64,000 bases of DNA from assembly GCA_038227875.1 (NCBI GenBank), contig JBBRPR010000009.1, positions 143,331 through 207,330 of the forward strand. Reading direction: 5' to 3'. The translations under genes and the position numbers were made by a program. Under the pieces are notes generated by a model, which had not been told where the DNA came from, searched no databases, and worked only from the letters and a program-made list of their open reading frames with translations. Origin of the DNA: Planctomycetota bacterium. Lineage in GTDB: Bacteria > Planctomycetota > SZUA-567 > H5-PLA8. Below are positions 47,412-58,700 of the stretch, in pieces (position 1 is the stretch's first letter; each line of letters begins with the position of its first letter).

Positions 47412-48563
47412 ATGACATTGCGCACGCTCTTGATGATTCTCGCGCTTCTGCCCAGCGCACGGGTGCTTGCCGCTGAACCCGAGAAGCCCGCAGAGCCGAA
47501 GTACGACTGGGGCGTCGCGTATTATCTTTCCTACGACAACAATCTCGCGCCCGCGATGCCGATCATTCTCAAGGCCATCCGCAGCGGTGTCACGGACAAT
47601 GCCATTGCCGCCGTCCAGGTCGACATGCCCGGCCCCGGCGGCATGCAACGCGCCGCGCTGATTGGCGGTGAGGAATCCAAGGTCATCAAGCTCGCGTCCG
47701 ACGATTCTTCCGACGAAGGCCAGGCCGTCGCGTATCTCGAATGGTTCGTGAAAACCTATCCGTGCAACCATTACGCCTTCGTCTTCCTCGACCACGGCGG
47801 CGATCTCGACGAAATGTGCGCCGACCTCAATCCCGACACCGACGGCAAGATCTTCATGTCTGGTCGTGTGCTGGGTGAGAAACTCCGGACATTCAAAGCC
47901 ACAAACAAGACAGCTCACGTCGATCTGCTCTTCTTCCAGCAGTGCGGTCGTGGTTCGCTCGAAAATCTCTACAGCTTTCGCGGCATCGCCGACTACGTGC
48001 TGATCTCTCCGGTAAATGTTGGCGCGCCCAACTCGTATTACACGCCGCTCCACCAATGGTTGAGCACTCACAAAGATGCGACCGGAAAAGACGTCGCCGC
48101 AAAAATCGCCGCCGAAGACACCGACTACAGCGTCTACACCTGCATCGACAGCGCGAAGCTCGACGACCTCCCGACGAAGCTCGATCTGGCCCTGAAGCCG
48201 ATCCTGGCAGGGAACTCGCTCAAGCTTCCGACGCGCACGCCGGCCGTTTATTCGCATTCCGACACCAACGAGAGCACGCTCGACGTCAAGGCATACCTGG
48301 AGCAACTCGCCAAAGAGAACGACGGCGCGAAAGAAGTCGCCGCATTTCAGAAATGGATCGACGAGGAACTGATCGTGAAGCGCTACATCCAAAAGGATCA
48401 CGCTGAATTGGAAAAGACGCACTGCGGCTTATCGCTCTTTGTTCCTGCGAATGCCGGCGAAGCCGTGAAGTACAAAGCGCTGGAGCTCTACAAGAAAAGC
48501 ACGCTCAGCGAACTGTGGAAAAGAGCGTTTCCCGCCAGGACGGCCGAAGCCATACAGAAATAG
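47412..48563 (+). CDS. Clostripain-related (C11) cysteine peptidase, secreted
   Basis: YLSYDNNL, YP..HYAFVFLDHGG (His), LLFFQQC (Cys), GLSLF. Confidence 0.75.
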   Translation: MTLRTLLMILALLPSARVLAAEPEKPAEPKYDWGVAYYLSYDNNLAPAMPIILKAIRSGVTDNAIAAVQVDMPGPGGMQRAALIGGEESKVIKLASDDSSDEGQAVAYLEWFVKTYPCNHYAFVFLDHGGDLDEMCADLNPDTDGKIFMSGRVLGEKLRTFKATNKTAHVDLLFFQQCGRGSLENLYSFRGIADYVLISPVNVGAPNSYYTPLHQWLSTHKDATGKDVAAKIAAEDTDYSVYTCIDSAKLDDLPTKLDLALKPILAGNSLKLPTRTPAVYSHSDTNESTLDVKAYLEQLAKENDGAKEVAAFQKWIDEELIVKRYIQKDHAELEKTHCGLSLFVPANAGEAVKYKALELYKKSTLSELWKRAFPARTAEAIQK

Positions 48564-48784
48564 CGAAGTCGATCGTGTCGCTCTTTTCGCTTTGAGCCCA
48601 GTGATAAAATCCCGCCAGTGAGTCCCGCGCAGCGACTATTTTGAAAAAAATGTGTCTCCTTAAGTCCCGCCGCTATCGCATCTTCTCGGACTTGGTTTTC
48701 AATTGTGGATTTCTGACCATTAGGCGAGCGCCGTTCAATGAGGTATGTTAGCGGAGGTCTAAACCAATACATCAGGGAACATTC

Positions 48785-49561
48785 ATGTCCAACAGCAATG
48801 GTCCGAGCCGGTTAGCGGTAGTGTGTGGCGGTGCGAGAGGAATCGGCGAAGCCATCGTCAGGCGCTTCTTCGCCGATGGCTGGCGCGTCGCGATCATCGA
48901 TCGTGAAATTGAAAAAGCCCGCTCGCTCGCGCAGGAATTGAACACGCGTGATTCCACGTCGGCTCACGCGGCGGACATTACCTTGATGCCCGATCTGGAG
49001 CGCGCGATCGCGGAGATCAAAGCGTGCCACGCCGGAGTGCCGATCGGCGCGGCGGTGAACAGCGCCGGGATTTTCAACATCCGCGGCAGACTCTTTCAGA
49101 CCACGCCGGAGGATTTCAAGAAGCTGCTGGATGTGAACGTGATCGGTGCGTTTCAGTTTTCGCGCGTGGTCGAACCCCTGATGGGGGAGGGCGCGAGCCT
49201 GGTGCAAATTGGTTCGATCAACGGGACGTATTCCGGCGGCGGGTTGGGTGCGTACAAGTCGTCGAAGGCAGCCTTGCACATGATGACCCGCTGCATGGCG
49301 CGCGAACTGGCCAGCGATCCGCGGCGCATCCGCGCCAATGTGGTGGCCCCCGGTTGGGTCGACACGCCGGGCGAGAGGTTGGTGGTTGCAAGCGAAGGCA
49401 AACCGGGCCTTCTCGATGATCCGGAATCCGCCAAAGGAATTCCGCTGAAGCGGCGAACCGAAGCGCGCGAAATCGCCGATGCCGTCGCGTTTTTGTGCTC
49501 GGATCAAGCCACGCACGTCACCGGACAGATTCTTCACGTGGATGGCGGAATGTCAGCCTGA
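48785..49561 (+). CDS. SDR-family oxidoreductase
   Basis: GGARGIG, NSAG, YKSSK, VAPGWVDT, VTGQ..VDGG. Confidence 0.93.
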   Translation: MSNSNGPSRLAVVCGGARGIGEAIVRRFFADGWRVAIIDREIEKARSLAQELNTRDSTSAHAADITLMPDLERAIAEIKACHAGVPIGAAVNSAGIFNIRGRLFQTTPEDFKKLLDVNVIGAFQFSRVVEPLMGEGASLVQIGSINGTYSGGGLGAYKSSKAALHMMTRCMARELASDPRRIRANVVAPGWVDTPGERLVVASEGKPGLLDDPESAKGIPLKRRTEAREIADAVAFLCSDQATHVTGQILHVDGGMSA

Positions 49562-50410
49562 AAAATTCTTGCGAATCAGCGGGGTGAGAAAGGCGACGGC
49601 TTTCGCGCCGCGCGCGTCGAACTCTTCGGCGGGCAGATCTTTTTCACCGTCGCGTACGCCGAGGCGTTCGATCATCAGCACGTCGTCGAAGCCGCCTTTG
49701 GCCAGGACGCCAAACATGTCGTCGTGATTGACATTACCTTCCCCCAGCGGTGGGAAGACCGGGTTGGCGCGCTCGCCGAGATGGTCCTTCAAACACACGC
49801 AACGCACGGACGGCACGACGGCAGGCAATCCCGGATCGGGGCAGACGCCTTCGTAGAACGAGACATTGCCAGCGTCCCAGCAGATCTTCAGCGACGGAGA
49901 TTTCAGCCGCTTCAATACCGGCGCGACCAGGCCGCTGTGAGCGACGAGTCCCGTGTGCGGCTTGACGCAGATAATGATCCCTAGCGCTTCGGCGTGCGGC
50001 AAAATCTGATCCATGCAGCCGTAAAACTGCGAGCAGATTTTCTGCCACTCTTCCGGCGCGTGAATTTCAGTCGGCCACTTCTTGTAATACCAGGGCCCGC
50101 CGATGATCGCGCGCTTGCAGCCCAGCGCCGCGAGAACGTCGAGTTCCCGCTTGAACTTCGCGACGCTGTCATCGGGTCCCAGATGAATCTCAAAGCACAA
50201 GCAGGAATTGGCTTTCAGCCCACGGTCGCTGAGCTGTTGAGCCATCTCGCGGACGTCAGCGTCGGACATCAGCCCGCTGCCGTAGCGCTTGTTCTCGTGT
50301 CCGGCGCCGATGCCCACGAATTTAAAACCCGCACGCGCAATCCCGTCGAGCGCGCGCAGAAACGGAAACGCGGCGTAGTTGAGTGTGCTGCAGGCGAGTT
50401 CAATGGGCAT
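49553..50410 (-). CDS. Sugar phosphate isomerase/epimerase (xylose isomerase-like TIM barrel)
   Basis: KPH, WDAGN, LKD, LGEGNV, MIE motifs. Confidence 0.8.
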   Translation of the reverse strand: MPIELACSTLNYAAFPFLRALDGIARAGFKFVGIGAGHENKRYGSGLMSDADVREMAQQLSDRGLKANSCLCFEIHLGPDDSVAKFKRELDVLAALGCKRAIIGGPWYYKKWPTEIHAPEEWQKICSQFYGCMDQILPHAEALGIIICVKPHTGLVAHSGLVAPVLKRLKSPSLKICWDAGNVSFYEGVCPDPGLPAVVPSVRCVCLKDHLGERANPVFPPLGEGNVNHDDMFGVLAKGGFDDVLMIERLGVRDGEKDLPAEEFDARGAKAVAFLTPLIRKNFSG

Positions 50411-50453
50411 GGTGACCTCGTAAAGGTTGGAGTGCTGACGCTTACTCTTTCAT

Positions 50454-50491
50454 AAAAAGCAATGCGCCGCAAGTTTCTGCGGCGCATTTTT
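50454..50491. terminator. Intrinsic terminator-like hairpin
   Basis: AATGCGCCGCA-agtttc-TGCGGCGCATT flanked by A and T runs. Confidence 0.7.
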
Positions 50492-50520
50492 GAGACGGAT
50501 CAATTTTTTACGGCGGACGG

Positions 50521-53181
50521 TTACTTCGTTTTTACGCTCGCCGCGCTGCCGTTCTTGCCCTGCGTCGACTTGTACAGGACGTTGGTCAGTCCGGTGAAGA
50601 CCGTCTTGCCGAGCGTGATGTTGACGCGCACGGGGATGGTCTTCGACGCGTTGGTCGTGTCGGTGAAACCGGCGCGGCCCAGCTGATCGCGGAACGTGCC
50701 CTTGCTGGCGAACGAGAACGAAGTCGGCTTGCCGCCGGCCACGGACGTGCCCTTCAGCGAGAGCGCAAACTTGCTCACCGGCGGTGTGCCTCCGGCAGGC
50801 AGGGTGAAGTTGAAGACCGGCGTGCCGCCCGTCGCGGCCTTGGCGATCTTCGCCGCCTTGGGCGTTTTGCCCATCGCATCCAGCTGGATGCTCTGATGCA
50901 GGTCGATGATGTCCACGCTGATGACCAGGTTCGCCGCGGCGATTCCCGCCGGCAGCGCCAACTGCGCCTTCAACGCCACCGAATCCTTGCCAAAGCCCAG
51001 CAGCCCCGTCTTCTTGTCGACGGTGAAGTCGAGCTTGGCGTTGAACGCCAGCAGCTTCGGATCGATGTCAATCGCGGAGACGATCTGGCGGATGCGGTTG
51101 TTGTTCGTGTCCGCAAAAACCAGCGTGCCGCTGCTGACAAAGATGTGCGTCGGGTTGTTGACCAGCGCCGTCGCGGAGACGTCGCCGTCTCCACTGAAAC
51201 CGGCCACGCCTGTACCACAGATCGTGGTGATCACGTTGGTGGACAGATCGATGGAGCGGATCCGGTTGTTGCCCGAATCGGCGACGATCAGATGCGTGCC
51301 CGCGGCGTCGAGCGTCACGCCGACAGGATTGTTCAATGAAGCCGAGAGCGCCGGACCACCGTCGCCCACGCTGGGGAAGGTCGGCGTGCCGCCACCGGCA
51401 AACGTCGAAACAATGCCAGCGCGGATCAGACGGATGCGATTGTTGCCCGTGTCGGCAATGTAAACGTCGCCCGCCGGTCCCAGCGCAAGGCCCGACGGAT
51501 TGCTGAGCGTGGCGTTGGGCGCGGTGAGTCCATCACCGAGCGGATTGGCGACGGTGTTCTTGGGCGTCGAACCGGCGAACGTATTGATCGTGCCGTCCGC
51601 CGACGAAACCGTGAGGACCTGGTTGTTGCTCGTGACATACAGCAGGCCGCTGGCGTCAGCAACCAGTGCCGAAGGCGACGGCACCTGCGCCAGCGTCGAG
51701 ATGATGTTGCCATTGCTGGTCAGGCTGACAGCGCGGATGCGGCTGTGGCCGGTGTCGGCCACGAAAATCGAGCTGCCAACGAAGAGCACATCACCGGGCG
51801 AGGAAAGATTGCCCAGCAGCGCCGGGCCGCCATCGCCGAGGCCATTCGCATTGCCATTGCCCGCGAAGGTCGAGACCGTGCCGTTGGTGGCGATTTTGCG
51901 GATCGAGTTGTCGCCGGTGTCTGCGACATACAAGTTGCCCGAAGCATCGAACGTCGCGCCCAGAGGCCCGACAAGCACGCTGAACTGCTTGGGATTGCGG
52001 TCGCCGATCAGACCCGTCACGCCCGTGCCCACGACGGTGTCGATGAACTGCGTCTTGGCGTCGATGCGGCGGATGCGGCCGTTTCCGGTATCATAGACAA
52101 AGGTGTTGCCCGCCGAATCGATGGCAATGTCTCGGGGCGTCATGCTGGCCGCCGTGGCCGGACCCAGGTCGCCCAGCGTCGAGCCGCCGCCGGCGATCGT
52201 AAAGATCAGCGAAGCGGTGAGATCGACGGCGCGCAGACGTCCCGCGCCGACGCAGGTGATAATCAGACGGCCGGTGGAGTCGAATGCAATGCCGCCCAGC
52301 GAACCGATCTGCGCGTTGGTGGCCGCGTTGCCGTCGCCGTTGAAGCCGGCGTTGCCGCCGCCGCTTCCCGCGACGGTCGTGATCGTTCCCGCGGTATCGA
52401 CCTTGCGGATGCGCCGGTTGCCGCTGTCGGCAACGTACAGGTTGCCGGAGCTATCCAGCACCACGCCGGTCGGACTGCTCAAGCGCGCGAGCGTCGCGGC
52501 CGCGTTGTCGCCAGTGAATCCGGAAGTGCCGGCCGTTCCCGCGATGGTCGCGATGGTGCCGCCGACCGTGAACTTGCGCACGCAGGCGTTGCCGGTATCG
52601 GCGACGATGACTTCACCCGAAGTCATCACCGCAATGTCGCCCATGGTTGAGAACGTGGCCAGTGTTGCCTGGCCGCCGTCGCCCAGTCCCGCGGGCGGAT
52701 TGGACCCGATCACCTGTCCGGTGAACAGACCGTTACCCGCAATCGTGCTGATCAATCCGGTCACCGCATCGACACTGCGAACCACGAAGTTGCCGCGGTC
52801 GGCGATGAGCAGATTGCCTTTTGAATCAAATGTGAGCCCGCCGGGCGAGTTCAAACCGGCGCTGGTGGCCGGCGTGCCGTCGCCGAAGTACGCGGCAGTG
52901 CCGTTGCCGGCGTAGATGGAAATGCGGCCGGTCGTCGGATTGATTTTCAGCACCTGATTGTGAACGGAGTCAGAGACATACAACTCGCCGATCGCGCTGA
53001 TCGCCAGACCTTGCGAATTGCCCAGGGCCAGATTGGCTTCGCCGGGTTTGTAGCCCTCCAGGCTGCCGCCTCCGGCCAGAGTCTGAATCACATCCGTGGC
53101 GCGCGCCGACGAATGAAGTACTGAGACCATGCCGATGGCAACCAGCACCAGTGCGACACGGTAGACAGACTTAAGCAACAT
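50521..53181 (-). CDS. Secreted NHL-repeat (teneurin-like) beta-propeller protein with basic C-terminal domain
   Basis: GGAGGAGG RBS, signal peptide, about 12 GDGGPA..P.G...D..GN.YVADTGN.RIR repeats. Confidence 0.9.
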   Translation of the reverse strand: MLLKSVYRVALVLVAIGMVSVLHSSARATDVIQTLAGGGSLEGYKPGEANLALGNSQGLAISAIGELYVSDSVHNQVLKINPTTGRISIYAGNGTAAYFGDGTPATSAGLNSPGGLTFDSKGNLLIADRGNFVVRSVDAVTGLISTIAGNGLFTGQVIGSNPPAGLGDGGQATLATFSTMGDIAVMTSGEVIVADTGNACVRKFTVGGTIATIAGTAGTSGFTGDNAAATLARLSSPTGVVLDSSGNLYVADSGNRRIRKVDTAGTITTVAGSGGGNAGFNGDGNAATNAQIGSLGGIAFDSTGRLIITCVGAGRLRAVDLTASLIFTIAGGGSTLGDLGPATAASMTPRDIAIDSAGNTFVYDTGNGRIRRIDAKTQFIDTVVGTGVTGLIGDRNPKQFSVLVGPLGATFDASGNLYVADTGDNSIRKIATNGTVSTFAGNGNANGLGDGGPALLGNLSSPGDVLFVGSSIFVADTGHSRIRAVSLTSNGNIISTLAQVPSPSALVADASGLLYVTSNNQVLTVSSADGTINTFAGSTPKNTVANPLGDGLTAPNATLSNPSGLALGPAGDVYIADTGNNRIRLIRAGIVSTFAGGGTPTFPSVGDGGPALSASLNNPVGVTLDAAGTHLIVADSGNNRIRSIDLSTNVITTICGTGVAGFSGDGDVSATALVNNPTHIFVSSGTLVFADTNNNRIRQIVSAIDIDPKLLAFNAKLDFTVDKKTGLLGFGKDSVALKAQLALPAGIAAANLVISVDIIDLHQSIQLDAMGKTPKAAKIAKAATGGTPVFNFTLPAGGTPPVSKFALSLKGTSVAGGKPTSFSFASKGTFRDQLGRAGFTDTTNASKTIPVRVNITLGKTVFTGLTNVLYKSTQGKNGSAASVKTK

Positions 53182-53417
53182 ATATTCCTCCTCCAGCGAG
53201 AGACGGCTAAAACCCCAAGTCATGCGCGCACTCCGTGCGCAAAATGACGCCCAATTTGGGGATGCTTTCCTGATTTGGATTACTTTGAAAATAGCACATA
53301 TTTGAATTCTGCATGAAATTTTTGTGTGGATGAAAATCAGTCGCAAGCGTACCCGATTGACTTTTAGCACAAAATGACGATCATCGATGCTCCGCAACGC
53401 ACCGTGGAGACGCGCCC

Positions 53418-54236
53418 ATGTCCGCTTCCCAGACTCAGTTGGTCCGGCTCCCGCGGCTGCAGTCGGCGCTGAACTATGAAGGCACCGTCAACGTTGCGTT
53501 TCACAATCACGCGGCCACGGAATTGGTCTTCACCGTCAGCGGCTCGATCCACATCGACGTGAACGGCCAGACTTTCGCCGGCCGCCCGGGAATCCTCTTC
53601 GTCCTGCCGGCAGTGGTGCCGCACAATCAACGCTGCGATGGCAATTGGAAAACGCGCTGCGTGCTCTTTTTCGACGACACCGGTCTGCTCGACGACACGC
53701 CGCGCGCGCTCGATCTCTCCGCCGACGCACTGACCGAGCGTTGGATCGCCGATCTCTGCCAGCTCCACGCCGCGCCCTCGCCGCTCCCGGAGGCCGTGGC
53801 CAATGGTTTTCTGTACACGCTGCTTTCGCGCCTGGGAAATTTCGAGCTGCAGCGCCGCAACACCGAGGAACTCCATCCCCGCCTCGCTCAGGCCGTGCAA
53901 TTCGTTCACGCGCATCTCACCGAAGAGATCGATGCCGATACGCTGGCCTCCGAATCCTGCGCCAGCTACAGCCACTTGAGCGCACTCTTCCGCAACGCAT
54001 TTGGCTGCGGCCCGCTGAAGTACCAGCAGAATCTGCGCCTGGCCTCCGCCCAGAAACTGCTCCTCAATCCCTACATGAGCCTCGACGAGATCGCCCAGCA
54101 AAGCGGCTACGAAGACACCAATTATTTCGTCCGTCTCTTCCGCAAAACCTACGGCATGCCCCCCGGAAAATGGCGCAAAAGCGCGCCAGAGGCGCGAGGG
54201 GTCAAGGGTCAGGTGCCAGGAATCAGAGGTGGGTAA
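53418..54236 (+). CDS. AraC-family regulator
   Basis: FHNH..E cupin; IAQQSGYEDTNYFVRLFRK..G.PP. Confidence 0.92.
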   Translation: MSASQTQLVRLPRLQSALNYEGTVNVAFHNHAATELVFTVSGSIHIDVNGQTFAGRPGILFVLPAVVPHNQRCDGNWKTRCVLFFDDTGLLDDTPRALDLSADALTERWIADLCQLHAAPSPLPEAVANGFLYTLLSRLGNFELQRRNTEELHPRLAQAVQFVHAHLTEEIDADTLASESCASYSHLSALFRNAFGCGPLKYQQNLRLASAQKLLLNPYMSLDEIAQQSGYEDTNYFVRLFRKTYGMPPGKWRKSAPEARGVKGQVPGIRGG

Positions 54237-54356
54237 ACGCGTGCGGCGAACTTTGCGTGCCTTCTGCCTACTCGCCCCCACCGCGCAAAAACCATCCGCC
54301 TTACTTGTCCGCACCCACCTCGGACCCCTGGCCCCTGTCCCCTGACCCCTCGGCGC
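54192..54356. repeat. Inverted pair of (AGGGGTC/AGGGGCC)-heptamer elements inside 3' ends of convergent AraC and MFS genes
   Basis: 54192-54233 (+) vs 54314-54356 (-); related copy at ~3187-3213. Confidence 0.75.
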
Positions 54357-55548
54357 TAGCGCCGGCGCCGCTCATCCAGAGCAGCAGCAGCGCCATGATG
54401 AACGGACACGCGGCCGCCGTCACGATGCCCCAGCGAAGATTGGAATGATCCGCGGTGATGCCCACGATCCACGGCATGAAAATGCCGCCGAGATTCCCCA
54501 GCGCGGCCAGCAGACCGAACATCGATGCGCCGCCGTGCGGAAAACGATCGCCCGCCACGCCCAGCATCGTCGGCCAGAGCGGGCTGCCCGTCATTCCCAG
54601 CAGCACGCACGCGACTAAAGCGGGCACGGTCCAGGGCAGGAAACACGCGAGCACAAAAAGAATCACCGACGTCCAGCAGCAATGTATCATCAGCGTCACG
54701 GGACGAATGCGCGTGCCCAGTGCTCCGGCCGCCATGCGCCCCAGCGCCATCGCGATGGAAAACGCCAGCAACGCCATGCCGCCGGTCCATTTTGAAGTCC
54801 CTAGCGTCGTCTCCGCGTAGGCCGGAAGCCACTGCGCCATTCCCAGCTCCGTCGCGCCGCCGAGAAAAATCGCCGCCAGCGCCGCTTGAAAATAGCGCTG
54901 CCGCACCAGCGAGCGCAGCGGCGTGCGTTCGTGTTCTTCAGAAACCAGCGGCGGAATCCGCACCGCAAAAAAACCCACGCAGACCAGCGCCGGCAGCAGC
55001 GTCAGCCACAACGCGATGAAGCGCCAGCGCACGCCGGCATCCAGCGCCCACGTCGCGATGACCACCGTGACGCTTGCGCCGACGCAGTAAAACGAATGCA
55101 GCCAGTTCATCGCGATCGCGCGCCGTTCCGGCTGCAGCGCGCAGACGATGGGACTCAAAACCATGTCGAGCACCCCCGCGCCCAGCCCCATGATCGCCAC
55201 AGCGACCAGCGCCAGTGCGTAATTTTGTGAGGAGCTCAGCAGCAACAATCCCGCGCCGATGAACGCGTTGCCCAGCAGCGCAAAAGGCTTCGCGCCAAAA
55301 CGGTCGGCCAGCGGACCGGTGACGAGAATGCCGACGACCAATCCCGCAAACGTGGACGCGCCGAAGCGGCCGAGCTGCTCGCCGGACAATCCCGAAGGTC
55401 CGCCCAGATCGCGGCTGAGCGTCGTTAGAAAAACGGGAACGAGATTGATCGTGATGGCCAGCGACATCATCGCCGCGTTGCACAGCGGAAGCGCCAGCGG
55501 GTGGGGGAGGGACTTGGAGCCTAAACCGGAGGCGCTGGGGCTGGACAT
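54301..55548 (-). CDS. MFS transporter (FucP/TsgA-like)
   Basis: About 12 TM, GPLADRFGAK, NWLHSFYCVGA. Confidence 0.9.
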   Translation of the reverse strand: MSSPSASGLGSKSLPHPLALPLCNAAMMSLAITINLVPVFLTTLSRDLGGPSGLSGEQLGRFGASTFAGLVVGILVTGPLADRFGAKPFALLGNAFIGAGLLLLSSSQNYALALVAVAIMGLGAGVLDMVLSPIVCALQPERRAIAMNWLHSFYCVGASVTVVIATWALDAGVRWRFIALWLTLLPALVCVGFFAVRIPPLVSEEHERTPLRSLVRQRYFQAALAAIFLGGATELGMAQWLPAYAETTLGTSKWTGGMALLAFSIAMALGRMAAGALGTRIRPVTLMIHCCWTSVILFVLACFLPWTVPALVACVLLGMTGSPLWPTMLGVAGDRFPHGGASMFGLLAALGNLGGIFMPWIVGITADHSNLRWGIVTAAACPFIMALLLLWMSGAGASAEGSGDRGQGSEVGADK

Positions 55549-55790
55549 GTCGCAGCTCTTCTACCCGAGAAATAAGAATCAGCAACGACGCTGTCGCCGC
55601 TCAGAAAACGTATATTTGAAATAAGCTGCAAGGTGCGCAAAAGGCTATAGGAAGATATTGCTTAACATTTTACGGTTTATTCCGATCTTTCGCGAGAACC
55701 TGTGGAATAGTGACGAATCACTCTTATATGTAGTGGTGCCAAGGATCGGCAGCGTCCACTAACAGCCATTTTCCGTCTACGGAGACCACC

Positions 55791-58700
55791 ATGCGCGTGC
55801 GTTATGCTCCTATGTTGATACTCGTTGGCCTGTGCGCGATCGCATCGGTTCAAGCGGCGACGTACTTCGTCTCCCCCGACGGCGACGACGCTTCAGCCGA
55901 CGCAACCAACAGCGCCACGCCCTTCAAAACCATCAACCACGCCATCGCCGTCGCATCCAGCGGCGACAACATCCGTCTGCTGCCGGGAAGCACCGGGATC
56001 ATTATTGAGAACGTGATCGTCACCAAGTCCCTCGACATCGCGTCCAATTCCACGGCTGCGCGGGTGACTGTCATACCGGGTACGGCAGAACCCGCTCCGG
56101 TTCTCGACGGATCCACGGGATCGCTCCCTGCCGGTCACAGCACGGTTTTTCTGATCCGAAGCAGCGACGTGACGATCCACGATCTCACCATCGATGGCAC
56201 CAATTCCGCCCTGGCGGGAAAGACCGTGGGCACCACCACGTATGTTGCGCGCAACGGGATCATCACCGATACAAATTTGAGCACGGTCTTTACCAACCTG
56301 ACCGTGCAGAACGTCACGGTCCAGAACATCTACCTGCGCGGCATTCAGAACGGTACCGGCGGCTTCACGCATGTAAAGGGTTGCACCGTCACCAACGTGA
56401 ATGGCGATTCCAACCGCTCAATCTCCATCTTCAATCGCACCGGCACTGCGTTGATTGAGAACAACATCGTCTCGCAAACATCCGACGCGATCTCCGCCAA
56501 CTTTTCACTCGGAACGACATTTCAGAATAACACCATCACCAATTCCGGCAGCGGCGTGCATACCGACAACTGCAGCGCCGCCGATGTCATCCAGGGCAAC
56601 ACAATCTCCAACAGCACCGCCGGCGGATACGGCATCTTTGTCTTCTATCCCTACAAAAACGCCGTCGTGCAAAACAACACCATCACCAACGTCACCATCG
56701 GTCTGGCCACATTTGGAGGCGTTGCGACAGCAGGCGTACAAGGCACGCCGGCCTTCACCAACAACACCGTCAACGGTCAACAGAAGGCCAATAGCATCGG
56801 CGCGTACCTGACGACCAATGTTACGCAACTCGGCTTTCCCGATATCGATTGCGCGGCCACTTTCAACAACAATACAATCACCGGCAACGTCACCGGCCTG
56901 AGACTCGAACAGACCTCCGGCTTCACCCTCACCGCGACCGTCGCCAACAACATTTTCAGCGGCAACAGCAGCGACGGCATCGACGCCTTCGGCCTCACCA
57001 ATCCGCTCACGATCAGCAGCTGCGATCTCTCCGGAAACGGCATCGCCGGCATCAACAATTTCTCGCCGGTCACCATCACCGCCACCAACAACTGGTGGGG
57101 CAGCGCGTCGGGTCCGCGCAATTCGGCGAACACCTTCAATCTCCCCGCGCAAGGCAGCGCCGCCGGAGCGCACGTGACCTTCGTGCCGTGGCTCAACAGC
57201 GGTGGAAATTCCGCCGCCGTCGGCTTCGTCCCGACCGGCAGTCCCTTCGCCCCCGTGACGACCTCCAGCCCCGCGGGTTCGTACGCCTCGATTCAAGCCG
57301 GAGTCACCGCCTCCAACGCCGCCGGTACCGTGACCGCCGCCGCCGGAAGTTACAGCGAAGGCGTCGCGATCACCAAGTCCCTGACGCTCACCGGCGCCGG
57401 CGCGAACACCACCACGATCTCCGCGGCCGCGGGCCTGACCGCCGGACCCGGCGGCGAAAGCGCGATCGTCTCCATCCGGGGCGCACCCACCACCAACGCC
57501 ACGGTCTCCGGCTTCACGCTCGATGGCTTCGGCGCCGCGCAGAATGGCAACGGCTTCTTCGGAGTCTTCGTCCGCGACGGCGCGGCCGGCAACATCCACG
57601 ACAACATCATTCAGAATCTCTCTCCGGCCGGAGCCTCCGCGACCGGCGTCGGCATTGCCATCGGCCGCAAGGCGCTCTCCACGACCGGCACCGCCACGGT
57701 CACCAACAACACCATCCGCGACTACGAAAAAGCCGGCATCGTCGTCGACAACATCAACTCCACCGCGACCATCTCCGGCAACACGGTCATCGGCGCCGGC
57801 CCGACCACCGCCATCGCCAGCAACGGCATCCAGATCAGCCGCGGCGCCACCGGCTCGATCACCGGCAACACCGTCATGAACAATTTCTACAGCGGTTCCG
57901 ACGGCCAGCGCGATCCCGCCAGCGACGTCCTCGCCGACGGCGCGTCCGGCATCCTGCTCTACGCCGCCGGCGTGATCCCGTCCGATACAATCACCGTCTC
58001 CGGAAACACGCTGATCGGAAATCAGTACGCCGTCTGGTCGGTCGGCTCGACCGCGCTCAACATTCACGACAACGCTCTGCAAGGCGACGGCACGAAAGGC
58101 GTCATCGGTTCCTCGCCCTTCGACGGCGGAATCCTCGTCTGGGATTCCGATCAGTACACGACCGTGCTCGGTTTCACCGCCGTCGGCACCGTCGCGACCG
58201 TGCTCAACAATGCGTCTGAAGACTTCGACTACGCGCTGCAAGTCCGCAACTACACCACCGGTGCGCCGGCGATGACCGTGACCGCGACGAAGAATGACTT
58301 CAGCGGATTCGGTTCGACTGCGGGCCTCTTCAGCAACGTCGCGATTGACGCCCGCCAGAATTGGTGGGGCAACGCCACCGGTCCCAAGCACGCGACCAAC
58401 GCGCCCGGCACCGGCACGACCTTGGGCGAATCGACTGCCGGCCTCGTCCAGTTCAGCCCGTGGCTCGGCGACGGCACCGACACGCAAGCCGCCGTCGGTT
58501 TCCAACCCAACGCCACGCCCCTCTATGGTCGGCCGCAGAAGCTGACCTTCACCGTCCAGCCCGTCGGCGCCGCGTCCGGCGCAACGCTCGCCACGCAACC
58601 CAGCGTCACCGTGACCGACAACGCTGGTTTCGCGAACCCCTTCACCACCGCAACCGTGGCGCTCAGCCTCGCCAGCGGCCCGTCGTCGGCGACGCTCTCC

